Source: Octopus bimaculoides
Taxonomy: Eukaryota
Direction of reading: 5' to 3'
Length of the DNA stretch: 52,792 nt
NCBI RefSeq assembly: GCF_001194135.2
Contig: NC_068989.1
Coordinates: forward strand, 75,858,106-75,910,897
In this document: positions 1 through 12,026 of the stretch, in pieces
Position numbering within the stretch: position 1 is the first letter of the stretch
How the letters are laid out: each line of letters opens with the position of its first letter
The notes under the pieces: generated by a model
The model's input: only the letters and a program-made list of their open reading frames with translations
What the model was told of the DNA's origin: nothing
The model's database searches: none
Program-made: the position numbers and the translations under genes

Positions 1-113
1 AAGATAAGATGTAATGTGTCTACTAAGACCTAATAGTTCTGAAATGAAATTCAGCGAAATACCAAACCGTATGCGGGCAAGACAGTGAAAATTACATAAA
101 TAAAAAATTATTA

Positions 114-177
114 TTCGTGGACCGGTTTCGAAATTCATATTCTCTTACCGAAAATATCTGTTTCTCGTCAGCACGAA
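114..177 (-). ncRNA. Minimal type I hammerhead ribozyme (Penelope-like-element type), intact core
   Basis: Minus strand reads UUCGUG-CUGACGA-[GAAAC..AUAUUUUC/GAGAAUAU..UUUC]-GAAA-CCGG-UC|CACGAA. It has a perfect 6-bp stem I, an extended stem II, a palindromic ACCGGU stem III and a GUC cleavage triplet. Confidence 0.8.
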
Positions 178-525
178 CTGTAAGGAAATCATAATTCTCA
201 GAATCCTATACAAGTTGTTCATCCCTAGTGGCGAACGCGTATATGGTTCTGCTAATTACGACTTAATGGCAAAAATTCAAATGTCTTCGATTTGGCGCGA
301 TAATTCCGGAAATATCTCTGCAGAAAATGGTTACTAATCTGTTTCCCATTTTACACTATGACACTTCTGTGACACAGAAGTATATGATCGTTTTTCTTTT
401 TTACCATGATCCCTTTTGATCGAAATTCTATCCCACCTTTTTTTTCTTTCCTTCCCCAAAAGAAAAGCTCTACTTTGTATTTTGTCCCCTCTGTGTAAAG
501 CCCTGTGTGGCTAATAAAAGAAATG

Positions 526-590
<65 letters not shown>
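526..590. repeat. (ATCT)n microsatellite
   Basis: Direct reading; it follows a SINE-type 3' tail (ttgtcccctctgtgtaaagccctgtgtggctaataaaag). Confidence 0.95.
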
Positions 591-591
<1 letters not shown>

Positions 592-1094
592 AACATATAC
601 ATATACATATATAAATAGATAGCAGTTACATATTGACTATGTATTGTACATATCAATTGTTGAAGAATAGTGTCATTGTTCATTGATTTCCAGTTGGAAA
701 ATATCTGATTTCACAGTGTTTTTTTACAGTGAGAGTGACAAGAGAGTTTCTGTAATGTGGTAGAATTTATACAATAAGCTGAAATTTTTATTGCTGATGA
801 TTCATGTTGTTCACCGATATGCAGTAACACCTTTGTTGTTATTGTTCTATTTTTCTTATATCATTGCTACTTGCTGTACTATATCTGTGACGTGACTAAA
901 CTCTATTTGACTTTTAATCATATTTTATAAAGCATAATTTATAGAACTGAAACGAAGTGCCAATGGAAATAGAGCAGACGTGATAAGCTTTTCTTCAAAG
1001 CTACCATTGCGAAATGACAGCTTCAAAGAAATATATTTATTCAGGTCTGAAATATTTTATTTTACCCACAGTATTAAAATAGTCACGAAGCAAC

Positions 1095-1181
1095 GATATT
1101 ACTTGTGCATGATCGGTCGATCTGCTAGAAATAGCAACCAAATTTTCGTCATTTAAGATCAAATCCTATAGTCTTAAAAAC
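1095..1181 (+). repeat. Degenerate dispersed repeat (family D; motif gatctgctagaaatagcagccaaat)
   Basis: Related motif copies near 9150(-), 24040(-), 34920(+), 42780(+) and 49170(-). Confidence 0.45.
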
Positions 1182-1673
1182 TATATATATATATATNNNN
1201 NNNNNNNNNNNNNNNNNNNNNNNNNNNNNNNNNNNNNNNNNNNNNNNNNNNNNNNNNNNNNNNNNNNNNNNNNNNNNNNNNNNNNNNNNNNNNNNNNNNN
1301 NNNNNNNNNNNNNNNNNNNNNNNNNNNNNNNNNNNNNNNNNNNNNNNNNNNNNNNNNNNNNNNNNNNNNNNNNNNNNNNNNNNNNNNNNNNNNNNNNNNN
1401 NNNNNNNNNNNNNNNNNNNNNNNNNNNNNNNNNNNNNNNNNNNNNNNNNNNNNNNNNNNNNNNNNNNNNNNNNNNNNNNNNNNNNNNNNNNNNNNNNNNN
1501 NNNNNATTAGGGTAGATGTAGATCTGTAATGTGAATGGTGTATGGGATGCATAGGGGTTAGTGGTATTAATTGAAAGGTTAGTAGTGTTCTGTATTATGT
1601 TATGTGTTCATATTGAATTGTGGAAGATGATGAAAGTTGCCTCTTTATTCATTCTTTGTTGTACTGAGGTGTT

Positions 1674-2080
1674 CTATGAACATTGATAGAAGGGGAAAAT
1701 TGGGAAATTAGGATTAAGGTTCCTAGCACACCTTTCTACGTGTTCACGGACCTGTATCTGTCTGTATTGTGGGTGGAGGATTTGTTCTTTGTGGAGAGTG
1801 GTTCTTCGACGGAGTGATATTCCTGTTTGGCCGATATAATTATTACCACACCCTAAGCATGTAATGGCATAGATTAGATTTTCCGAGGCACAGGTGAAAT
1901 TTGATTTAATCTTAAATATTTCACCTTGTTTAAAGTGGAACGCTGAACCCTCCAAATGGTGGGGGACATGTACCACAGTTAGGTGGACCACATTTTTTCA
2001 CTTTTGGTTCCGTTGTTAATGGATATAGTCATGCGCTGGTTAATATTTTCTCCAATGATTTAGATCGTATTTTGTTTTTG
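1674..2080 (-). pseudogene. Penelope-like element GIY-YIG endonuclease relic (5'-truncated, frameshifted)
   Basis: KCGPPNCGTCP (frameshift) ..FKIKSNFTCASENLIYAITCLGCGNNYIGQTGISLRRRTTLHKEQI..VREHVERC. This is the PLE LIY/YIG motif with its flanking Cys/His residues; no RT domain is present. Confidence 0.85.
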
Positions 2081-2097
2081 ATAATATATATATATAT

Positions 2098-2290
2098 AGG
2101 GTGATAAATTGAATATTAATTCAATTTAAAACCGAGTGGCAACACAGAGATAATTCTTTATTCTGTATATTTCTCATTTTGTCCCGTTCTGGTGTTTCCA
2201 CAATTCTGGTGTTTTGCGAAATTTTTCTGGAGAACATTATTTTTCTTTGTGGTTGGGTCGTTGATGACTACTTTCTAACATATTGAATGT
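2098..2290 (-). mobile_element. Penelope-like pLTR remnant with a degenerate hammerhead 3' half, abutting (TA)n
   Basis: tctttattctgtata..gtcccgttc (2157-2190) aligns with tctttattcagtata..tttcgacccgtcc (7203-7236) and with 45750-45782. It lies just upstream of the GIY-YIG relic in the same orientation. Confidence 0.45.
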
Positions 2291-2309
2291 CCACCTATAT
2301 ATAATGTCC

Positions 2310-2311
2310 AC

Positions 2312-2377
<66 letters not shown>
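2310..2377. repeat. (TA)n microsatellite
   Basis: Direct reading. Confidence 0.95.
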
Positions 2378-2381
<4 letters not shown>

Positions 2382-2623
2382 ATGCATATTGGGTAATTTA
2401 GTCACAGAGGCACTTAGTCTGAGGGAAACAAATTAGGTCACGGCTGATTCTGTCATTAATTATAGATTTGTCCTGCTATTAATTATAGATTTGCAAAAAC
2501 GCCTAAAGTTGAATGACAGCAAAAGCAGCAACAGTAACGCCATTTATTACATAGTTAAATTTGTTGCATTTCTACATATAAAACTCCCTAATAAGGCCAA
2601 AGACTAATATTAACTCAGCGAGT

Positions 2624-3066
2624 AAGGCAGCGAGCTGGCAAAATCGTTGCTGCGCCGGGTAAAACGCTAAGTGGCATTTCGTCTGTCGGCACGTTCTGAG
2701 TTCAAATTCCACCGAGGTCGACTTTGCCTTTCATCTTTTCGGGATCGATAAAATAAGTGCTGGTTGAATACTGAAGTCGATGCAACCGATTTAACTCCTC
2801 CCACGGAATTGCTGGCATTGTGCCAAAATCTGAAACCAATATTAATTCAGGGAGTAAGGCTTGAGTTGGCAGCATTATTAGCACGCCGGGCGAAATGCTT
2901 GGCAGTATTTCAACCGTCTTTACGTTCCGAGTTAAAATTCTGCTGAAGTCAACTTTGCCTTTCATCCCTTCGGGATCTATAAAATAAGTACCAGTTGCGT
3001 ACTGGGGTCGATGTAATCGACTTACTCTCTCCTCCAAACTTGCTAGCTTTGTGTCAAAATTTGAGG
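2624..3066 (+). mobile_element. Two tandem copies of tRNA-headed SINE family B (about 2624-2840 and 2853-3066)
   Basis: ggcgagctggca head, gagttcaaattccgccgagg B-box-like motif, and core gcctttcatcctttcggggtcgataaaataagtaccag..tggggtcgat. Confidence 0.85.
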
Positions 3067-4029
3067 GAGTTTGCTAGATTTGTTCTTTGTGTGCAGGAAT
3101 CTTCCCTGATGCATTTTCTGTTATACATATTTTGCATTTATATATAGGCATTTGACTCTCTTAATGTATAGCATTATCAGCAATGCTGCGCGACAAAGAC
3201 GTCATTTAGATTCGTCAAAGCTAGAGAAAAACTACATCGCAACTGCACAAAAGAACAGGAAATAAAAGAAAGAGAAAAACAAGTATGGGCCTCCCATATG
3301 GGAGCTGGATAACGATTTAAACAGATAACTGAAATTTCCTACATAGTACTAACATATCTCCAGCCAGTCATGATCATCACCTCTGAAGTAGTCAAACAAC
3401 TGATCACACTGGAACTTACAGGGTACTGAGCCCTGGAAGGAACTTCGACAATAAATTCCAATCTGGAGTTTTTTTTAATTTTGTAAACTTTAGCATTGCA
3501 TACAAACTCCACTTTATGCCACTTCATTATGATGTCGAAAATTTCCATTAACTTTGGAGAAGTTTCTAGCTTGGTTCCCCTGATTTCAATGCCCACAGGC
3601 TTCGATGAGATTAACAGATGGTCATGTTATAGATTCGGTCGATCACATACGTGACCAAGTTTGAATAACCCAGATCAACATCGTTCAAACGGAAGTATCA
3701 AACATCAAACATTGCCAGTTGTAATCTCCTTTATTAAAGATAGAGTGTAATTTGAGGAATATTTAGGTGCCTTTTTTTTTTTATCAAATCATGTAACGTT
3801 GTAAAGATTCAATGAAATATGTGTTCTCTAAAATCGTCAAAACATTCAAAAGCTCGATTCATCTTACGTTACAGCTGTGTTGGTGGTGATGGTCGTGCTG
3901 GTAGTGACGGTTGTGCTGTTGGTGATGATTGTGTTGGTGATGATGGCTGTGTTGGGAGGGGGGTTGATGGTTGTGTTTGTGGTAGTATTACCAGAAAGCG
4001 TCTTAACACATTAAGGAGATAATAAGATC

Positions 4030-4230
4030 ACTCCAATGGACACCGTTGAAGAAGAAAAAACCATGAATACTAGGTGAGAACCGAGAAACTGAAAGGAAAA
4101 AGAAGTCAAAGAAGACATTAGAGAGATGATGCACAATGTCCATTAGAAGCTGGTTTCAGGAAGACCAACCTAATAACGTACTGATTTGTGTATGGGCCAA
4201 GAGGAGGTGAAGATCTATGATCGTCAGCGT
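4030..4230 (+). mobile_element. Highly degenerate RTE-like LINE 3' fragment
   Basis: ggtgagaaccgagaaactgaaagga..gtcaaagaagacattaga resembles the GRPRKTW..VKED segment of RTE ORF2 C-termini. Confidence 0.35.
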
Positions 4231-4483
4231 CAGCACATAAAAAGAGAGAGGGTGGTGGTGGTGCCCAGTGTTTAGCCCCAGATCAGTACTGATCGAATTA
4301 ACCTATGAACTAAGAAAAGGGCAGATAACAACGTAACATAAGCCCACTTTATTCAAAGTCCTTTTCTAAGACGCTGATGTATGATATGATGAAGATTTGG
4401 CTGCTATCTCCAGCATGTTCAGCGACCATACCCCAATTTGAGCCTTCCTCTCGAAAGCGCCCCACTGCTCTCAGGCAAATTAG

Positions 4484-4505
4484 TACACACACACACACAC
4501 ACACA

Positions 4506-4580
<75 letters not shown>
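4484..4580. repeat. (CA)n microsatellite
   Basis: Direct reading. Confidence 0.95.
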
Positions 4581-4582
<2 letters not shown>

Positions 4583-4669
4583 TTATATATATGTATGTAT
4601 ATTTTTCTCATTTTATCCTTTACTTGTTTTAGTCATTGCTTTCCGGTTATGCTGAGTTACTGCCTTGTA

Positions 4670-5038
4670 AGATTCAGTCGAACAAATCAACCCCACCTCA
4701 CCATACTCATTTTTGTTTAAAGTCTGGTACTTATTCCAGCGCTACCATGCGCTGAGCCGCGAAGTCACGGGGATGTAAACAAACCAACATCGGTTGTTAA
4801 GCGATGGTGAGGAAAAAACACAAACACAAACATACATACTCACACACACACACGCACACGTGTGTGTGTTTGTTGTGCGCGTGCGTGTATGTGTGTGTAT
4901 GTGTGTAAACATATACGACGGGCTTCTATACAGTTTCCACCTCTCAAATTCTCTCACAATTCAGTGGTCGGAGCTATGGTGGAAGACGGACCCCGAAACC
5001 AGTTGGTTGCAAAAAGAGTTTCTTAATCAAATAGCCAT
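4670..5038 (-). mobile_element. SINE family A, degenerate copy
   Basis: Reverse complement of catcgcttgacaaccgatgctggtgtgtttacgtccccgtaacttagcgg and of gaagcccgtcgtat, with an internal microsatellite. Confidence 0.7.
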
Positions 5039-5180
5039 AGCTATCTATTTATCTATCTATCTATCTATCGATCTTTTTTCTTTCTTTCTTTCTGTGTGTC
5101 TGTGTGTCTGTCTGTCTGCCTGTCTATGTCTCTGTCTGTCTGTCTGTCTCGCGTCTCTCTCCCTCCCTCTCTCTTTCTTC

Positions 5181-5251
<71 letters not shown>

Positions 5252-5348
5252 TAGTAATAATGTTACATGGTCACTGACCGTGTAACATTTTTGCTCGTAA
5301 GTTAGCTCATCATTTCGTATTTGTCTTGCTATTATATGTTTTATTATG

Positions 5349-5439
5349 AACTCCCTGAAGAGAAATATATGAGGAATCCCAGCAGCTCTTACTTCTTTGT
5401 GAAGGAGCTCTCATTTATTTTGAAACACGTGTAGGAATT
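5349..5439 (+). ncRNA. Type I hammerhead ribozyme candidate with long stem II
   Basis: AACUCC-CUGAAGA(5355-5361)-stem II (5362-5373 pairs 5410-5421; inner AGCUC/GAGCU)-GAAA(5422-5425)-C-ACGU-G-UA|GGAAUU. GUA site after 5433; palindromic ACACGUGU stem III. Confidence 0.7.
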
Positions 5440-6445
5440 AAAGGAACTTTTATTTATATGCGTTTTGCTCCATTTATTATTGTCATTCATATCTTCTCAA
5501 AAGGTATCACTTTAACTTGGTATCTCTACGTGTAAAACGGCCGTGATATCTTGTTTTTTAGTGTAATTTTGCTACCTCTGGTAACTATTAACATATTTAC
5601 ATTATCAAAGGTTTTTTTAATAACTGAGATAATATTAATATATACATAAACTAATATATATATATATATCTATATATATATATATACACACACACACATC
5701 ATTTTGTGGAATTGGTTGAAAGATATGGTGTCATAAGGCTAAAGAAGTCTTATATTAACAGACACGCCTTACGATGAAACACTTGGCTATTAATAACATG
5801 GTTCGATTTCTTTATGTCAAACGTTGTCCCGACCTAAAAGAGAAACTGAAGCAAAATAAAATGACTGTAATAAGGTTATCGAATCTAGTTGTGCTGCCTG
5901 TTTTTCTCGGAAACAAATATTCAAGCAAACATAAATGTAGGTCTTAAATTTCGTCGAATCTAATGGTGCTTATCGTTCATTATTATTTACTTAGAATTTT
6001 AGAACAATATTATTGAGTAAACAAGGAGTATATTTGTCTTTTGGGTCTGTTCTTATTTAGTTTATGTATTAGCTTAGATATTGTGTTCCTAACTTGAATA
6101 CGTGTACATTACACGTTATATTGATCTGCATTTGTCTTCTAAGTACTGACAGATGTTGCAATGGTTGATAAGATAAATAGTTTATTACGATATACAAGCT
6201 AAATAAGGAAAGAGATAGAAGAAAACGATATAATCCTTGATGTACTGTTTACATAATAGTGTTCTAAAATTCCTAGTAAATTATGTTGAACAATAAGCTC
6301 CATTTGGAAAATGTATTGAATCCTCAGGATTGCGTGAAGGCACCAAACATGTTATAAAATGCTGTCTGAGCAGTTTTCATCGCATGAAATTATCAGCAGC
6401 TCATAAATTTAAATACTGTGTTTGTTACATATATACATACATACA

Positions 6446-6507
<62 letters not shown>

Positions 6508-7091
6508 NNNNNNNNNNNNNNNNNNNNNNNNNNNNNNNNNNNNNNNNNNNNNNNNNNNNNNNNNNNNNNNNNNNNNNNNNNNNNNNNNNNNNNNNNNNNN
6601 NNNNNNNNNNNNNNNNNNNNNNNNNNNNNNNNNNNNNNNNNNNNNNNNNNNNNNNNNNNNNNNNNNNNNNNNNNNNNNNNNNNNNNNNNNNNNNNNNNNN
6701 NNNNNNNNNNNNNNNNNNNNNNNNNNNNNNNNNNNNNNNNNNNNNNNNNNNNNNNNNNNNNNNNNNNNNNNNNNNNNNNNNNNNNNNNNNNNNNNNNNNN
6801 NNNNNNNNNNNNNNNNNNNNNNNNNNNNNNNNNNNNNNNNNNNNNNNNNNNNNNNNNNNNNNNNNNNNNNNNNNNNNNNNNNNNNNNNNNNNNNNNNNNN
6901 NNNNNNNNNNNNNNNNNNNNNNNNNNNNNNNNNNNNNNNNNNNNNNNNNNNNNNNNNNNNNNNNNNNNNNNNNNNNNNNNNNNNNNNNNNNNNNNNNNNN
7001 NNNNNNNNNNNNNNNNNNNNNNNNNNNNNNNNNNNNNNNNNNNNNNNNNNNNNNNNNNNNNNNNNNNNNNNNNNNNNNNNNNNNNNNNNNN

Positions 7092-7143
<52 letters not shown>

Positions 7144-7929
7144 GTGTGTGTATTTGTAAAATAATTGATGAAGGAAACAGAAGATAAATTAGATAAACTA
7201 GTCTTTATTCAGTATAACGATCGTTTCGACCCGTCCTGCAACTGTCCGTTATAGGTAGGATACCGCGCTTCTAATTGTGCTGTATCAATCTGTGCAGTTT
7301 GTGTCACATCAGGTAAATTTATAAAGAAGAGGATGTCTCTCCAGATATGCTGGGATTTCCTAGCCATGTTGTTCACGCTCGTGGTATTTTGGCTATAACA
7401 GGCTAGTGGGCTTAGCTACGGTTGTCCGTGAATATATAACATAAAATTAAACTCATACGTCCATAAAATATAGAGTAGAACCTGTCAAAGAAAGATTACA
7501 TTTAGGTCAATGGGGATAGGTGTGCACTCCTGGACATGAACACCCTCTTACACAGACGTACACAGGTGTACACACACATACACACATACACAATGCACAC
7601 ACATACACATGCACACACACATACATGCACAAACACACACTCACACACACAGACCGTAAATTAAAATCATAGACTCGTAGAAGAAAGAGAATAAAACCTG
7701 CCAAAGAAAGGTTACATTAATATTAAAGGGTAGGAGTCTACGCTCTTTGACAAAAACTCATATGTAGGTACACTCACGCGCACACACGCACACACACACG
7801 ATGTGTATCGCCAATATGTCACTGAGGTGATTAACTATCAGGACGTAGAATTCGTGACAGACTTCTATCTCTTATCTGGTATGTATGTATGTATGTATGT
7901 ATGTATGTATGTATGTATGCGTGTATGTG

Positions 7930-8137
7930 GAGGGTTGCCCAAAAGTAGGTTTACAGTTATTCAACTATCTCTTTCGCATTCATATATTAACAGTTTAGAT
8001 CTTAATCATTAAAAAAATGTAAAACCATTATTCTATGCTAATTTAATTAATTATAAGATTTAAAATGTAATAAAATGTTTTAAAAGAAATTTAAAGTGCC
8101 TACGTGATATCTGTTAACCTAGATTTGGGCCACCCTG
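7930..8137. mobile_element. Tc1/mariner-type MITE
   Basis: Imperfect TIR of about 28 bp (gagggttgcccaaaagtaggtttacag / ctgttaacctagatttgggccaccctg) followed by TA; AT-rich interior. Confidence 0.7.
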
Positions 8138-8155
8138 TATACGTATATATATGTA

Positions 8156-8376
8156 CGAGGGGGTGCTGAAAAATTCCTGGCTTTAAGGGTATCGTGAAAG
8201 TCTTGGTTGGCGGCCCAACCCTCTGAGTTCTTATATGGCGCCTAGAAAAATCGAAGGACCGTTGCAGTAAGTGTGTGAATCTGAGAGGCGAATAAGTTGA
8301 ATAAGCTAAGCTCATAATTAACTGATCCTCCTGTATTTTCTTTTACCCAAAGCAGGAACTCTTTTGTGCTCCATCG
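8156..8376 (+). mobile_element. Internally deleted mariner element
   Basis: TA-flanked TIRs cgagggggtgctgaaaaattcctggcttt / aaagcaggaactcttttgtgctccatcg. The interior encodes a mariner C-terminus, LEKSKDRCSKCVNLRGE*VE. Confidence 0.8.
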
Positions 8377-9388
8377 TATGTATGTATGTATGTATGTATG
8401 TATGTATGTATGTATGTATGTATGTATGTATGTATGTTGAAGCATGTGTCTAGGAGAAGGTCACTCTGATATAAAAGCAGATATGCACGGAATGGCATTG
8501 GACATTTTGGGGATCTTTGGTTTGTGCTAGAGATCATGGCTCTCTCACATCTCTGAGCCTGCGACTCATACTGGCACCAGACATCTTGCTCCGCCATATC
8601 TCTGGATAATGTCAATAAAATGGAGAAGGTCTATGAGGTGTTGTGCAAGCCTTATTGGACCTAAAACTCTGCACAGGCATTGCCGACCTCTGCTCGATAT
8701 ATGCATTCCCCACCCCTTATATATTTATCTTATCTTTAGTATATATTTTTTTCTTCATTTTTAGTATATATTTATATATTTTTAGTATATTTTAATTTTC
8801 AATTTATTTATTTATTTATATTTTTTTTATTCGGAAGTCCTGCGGCGATGGGAAGGTGTATAAGTGGACGGCCATCATGTATGTATGTATGTATGTATGT
8901 ACGTATGTATGTATGTGTGTGTATATTTATACTAATAGCTTATATTTTCGTTGTTTTTCTATTGTTGTTGTTGTTTAACCCTAGGTCTACCTGATGAGGC
9001 AGATCCATGGCGAAAAGTATTCCAGCCACAACAATCCCATCATTTTCCAGATATAGTATATTAAGAACCCAGTATCCATTATCTCGTTCTGATTTTATCA
9101 GATATTTAAGGCGGTCGGATGTAATTAAATATATATATATATGTTTAGCTGTTATTTCTAGTAGGTTAGGTGACAACGCAGAGGCTTTGCATTACTGTAG
9201 TGGTTCTTTAAATGTCAAATTAACTTCTTTAATTGTGTATACAATTAGATGTACGACTACTACTGTATGGGTTAGAGCTCCACGCAGATTATCATTATCT
9301 AGTGGGCTTCTAGTATATTGATTAGTTGTGCCCTTTACATAGCGGTGTTACTAATTATGAGCATACATTGAGGACATCAGTATAAATA

Positions 9389-9605
9389 CCGGTATGAATA
9401 TTTAGTTCCTACGCACGTTTCACCATTGCAGTTATTTTGTACTCAGTATTGGATGTTCCAGCTGCATTTGGATGACCATCTGCAATAAAGTGAACCCCTG
9501 ATATGTTATTGCAGATAAGCATCCAAATGCTCTTCGGACATCTAGTGCTGAGTTCCAAATATTTGTAACCTTGAAACGTACGTAGGAATTAAATATTCAT
9601 ACTGG
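9389..9605. repeat. 217-bp imperfect palindrome
   Basis: 9389-9422 pairs with 9572-9605; 9464-9474 with 9520-9530; 9479-9488 with 9506-9515. Confidence 0.85.
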
Positions 9606-9667
9606 GGTTAACTTTTGAATTTTTATTAATTTGAGAAGTACATGAAATAAAATTCCTATAATTACCA

Positions 9668-9976
9668 TTCCGTCGGTTACGACGGCGAGGGTTTCAATTG
9701 ATCCGATCAACGGAAGAGTGTGCTCGTGAAATTAACGTGCAAGTGGCTGAGCACTCCACAGACACGAGGATTCTTAATGTAGTTCTCAGGAAGATCCAAC
9801 ATGACACAAAGTGTGACAAGGCTGGCTCTTTGAATTATAGGTACAACTCACTTTTGCCAGCTGGGTGGACTGGAGCAACTGAAATAAAGCGTGGACACAA
9901 CGCACCGTCAAGAATTGAACTCACAAGCATACGATCATGAGTCGAGCACCCTAACCACTAAGCCACGCGCCTTCAC
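9668..9976 (-). mobile_element. tRNA-headed SINE family C
   Basis: Minus-strand head gtgaaggcgcgtggcttagtggttagggtg..gagttcaattc; tail gttgatcggatcaa..cgtaaccgacgg; homologous to 36332-36590 and 47607-47992. Confidence 0.85.
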
Positions 9977-10044
9977 AAACACCTTCACAAACAGCTAAAT
10001 AAATTACTTTTTATTTTCTCAGAACTTTCGAGACAGGCATAAAG

Positions 10045-10160
10045 AAGGGATAAAAGGCAAGGTCGACCTCGGTGGAATTTGAAGTGAGAGCATAAAGACG
10101 GACGAAATACTGCTAAGCGTTTTGTTCGGCGCTCTTACGATTCTGCCAGCTCACCACCTT
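10045..10160 (-). mobile_element. SINE family B (5' part)
   Basis: Reverse complement of the family B head and core (aaggcaaggtcgacctcggtggaatttgaa..gccagctc). Confidence 0.75.
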
Positions 10161-10489
10161 AACAACAAGAGCAACAAGAAGAACAACAAAATCATCAACA
10201 AAACAAAAACAGCAGCACCACCACCAACAACAACAACAACAATAATAATAATAATAATAGCGAAAGGGTAATGAAAAAGTGATACTACTTCAAAACTTAT
10301 TAAGGCAACTGGAAATCTCATGCAAGATTGATGTCTTGCAAAAAGCAGCCTTATTGGGCACAGTGCACTTCTTAAGAAAAGTATTGTCTGTCTGAGGTCC
10401 TTGTTGTGACTTGACAGATGACTAAAGACTCCGGTGCATTTTTACCTACATTGTCTTACGAAGGAATAATAATAATAATCCTTTCTAAT

Positions 10490-10620
10490 TTGGTGGGAGG
10501 GGATAGTTGACAACCTCAAGCACAGTGCAAAACTCGTACTTAATTTATCGACTCCGAAAATAGAAAAAAGTTAATCCGACCTCGGCGGAATTTGAGCTCA
10601 TAACTTAAAGACGGACGAGG
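10490..10620 (-). mobile_element. SINE family B (degenerate 3' part)
   Basis: gtacttaatttatcgactccgaaaa..gacctcggcggaatttgagctca. Confidence 0.7.
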
Positions 10621-11415
10621 GACACATTAACTGGACGAGCCAAGGTTTCACCCAGCTTGCTATCTTGATCCCAATCGTTATAAGAACTGCTTTGTTATGT
10701 ACTTCACTACAAATACCACAGAAGAGGGACACACTTGTAAGACAAATAAGAACAAATACGATCATGACGACGACGAGACGATAGACACATAATACAAACA
10801 ATAACAACAATAACATTATTACAGAACTGAATCAAAAGAAAACTTAACGAAATACTAAAGCAAACACAAAACAGAAATCAGATAAAAAAAAATATATCAA
10901 GGGTTTGTTCAGGTGTAATAAATTGACTCATCATCATGTGAAAATGATCTGGGTATTTTTCTGTTATTGTATGTTTTTTTAAATTCATACCCTATTATAG
11001 ATGATTTATGTCTGGGAACCAACTTCTGAAAAATCAATGACAACATGAAACTACTTGTTAGAAAAAGAAGAAAGAAGGAACATCTACAACAATATATTTA
11101 GGTAAATGGTTTATGTATGGTCGTGTTTCACTATATAATTTAAGTTATCGTCCATTAAATTCAAGTGTTTTTTTTTTATCTTACTAGACAAAGGTTCTAT
11201 AATTTATTGTTTAAGTTTATGTAATATATCTAATACAACATACAGTGAGCAGTAAACATCCAATTAGAAATATCAAAGCAGCAAGAAAAGAATCACATTA
11301 AAATAGAGTTTTGAGCTATAACAGTGTGAAGCAGTACGAGGTGTAATGTTTTGTCTTTGAGAAGCCTTTTAAAGTGACCTTTGTGTTAACACAGTGTTTC
11401 GTCCACAACGCCGGA

Positions 11416-11461
11416 TCACTAGACTTTGTGTTTCAACCTATTTTGGTCTCCTCAGTGATGA
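11416..11461 (-). ncRNA. Compact type I hammerhead ribozyme candidate
   Basis: Minus strand UCAUCA-CUGAGGA-GACC-aaaaua-GGUU-GAAA-C-acaaa-G-UC|UAGUGA. All conserved core nucleotides and a GUC site are present; stem I has one mismatch and one GU pair. Confidence 0.7.
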
Positions 11462-12026
11462 AAACCAATTCGGCTGGGGAAAATCTAGACGTATTTCAGT
11501 TTAATTAGATTCATCGGCGAATCTTACATTTCATTATATTCACCGAAGTAATAAAAAGAAAATTAAGCTGATGTACAATATCGTACAGGAGTAGGACAGA
11601 AAAACTAACAAATTTAAAATAAAGCAAAATGTCACAGAGGTTAATTACTCAGAGACACCATCCAACTATAAAAATAATAGTTAGGTGTTGACATATTTAA
11701 TGGAATGAGCATTAACAACGAAATATTCTTAATTGAAATCAGGTTCTTAAAGACGATATTTATAATTATTGCAACTGTGTGTTGGCGAAGCATGAACAGT
11801 TAATTCCATAAAAACAGGTGTATGGGATATATTTGAATTTACATCCTGTAAAGAACTCTACGAACTTTCATAGACGCATAGACAAACACACACACATACA
11901 CACATACACGAAATATCAAACTCTCTTTTCACTGAGGGTCGAGTTAAAGCATTTCTTGGGCACGTCCTCACGTTCATTTGTTTCATTTTTTATTTGAAAT
12001 GTTTGTTTAGTTGAATTATATATATA

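Noticed and set aside
3339-3596. 85-aa minus-strand ORF with a GTAAG donor near 3411
   Set aside because: No recognisable motif and no clear acceptor; cannot be supported without transcript data.
6330-7187. Long ORFs of 240-285 aa (also 31046-31893, 36409-36985, 25540-26027, 1181-1552)
   Set aside because: They are open only because they cross N-gaps and (TA)n tracts.
8440-8700. GC-richer unique-looking segment with a 90-aa minus-strand ORF
   Set aside because: No motif recognised; the ORF is extended by a (TATG)n tract.
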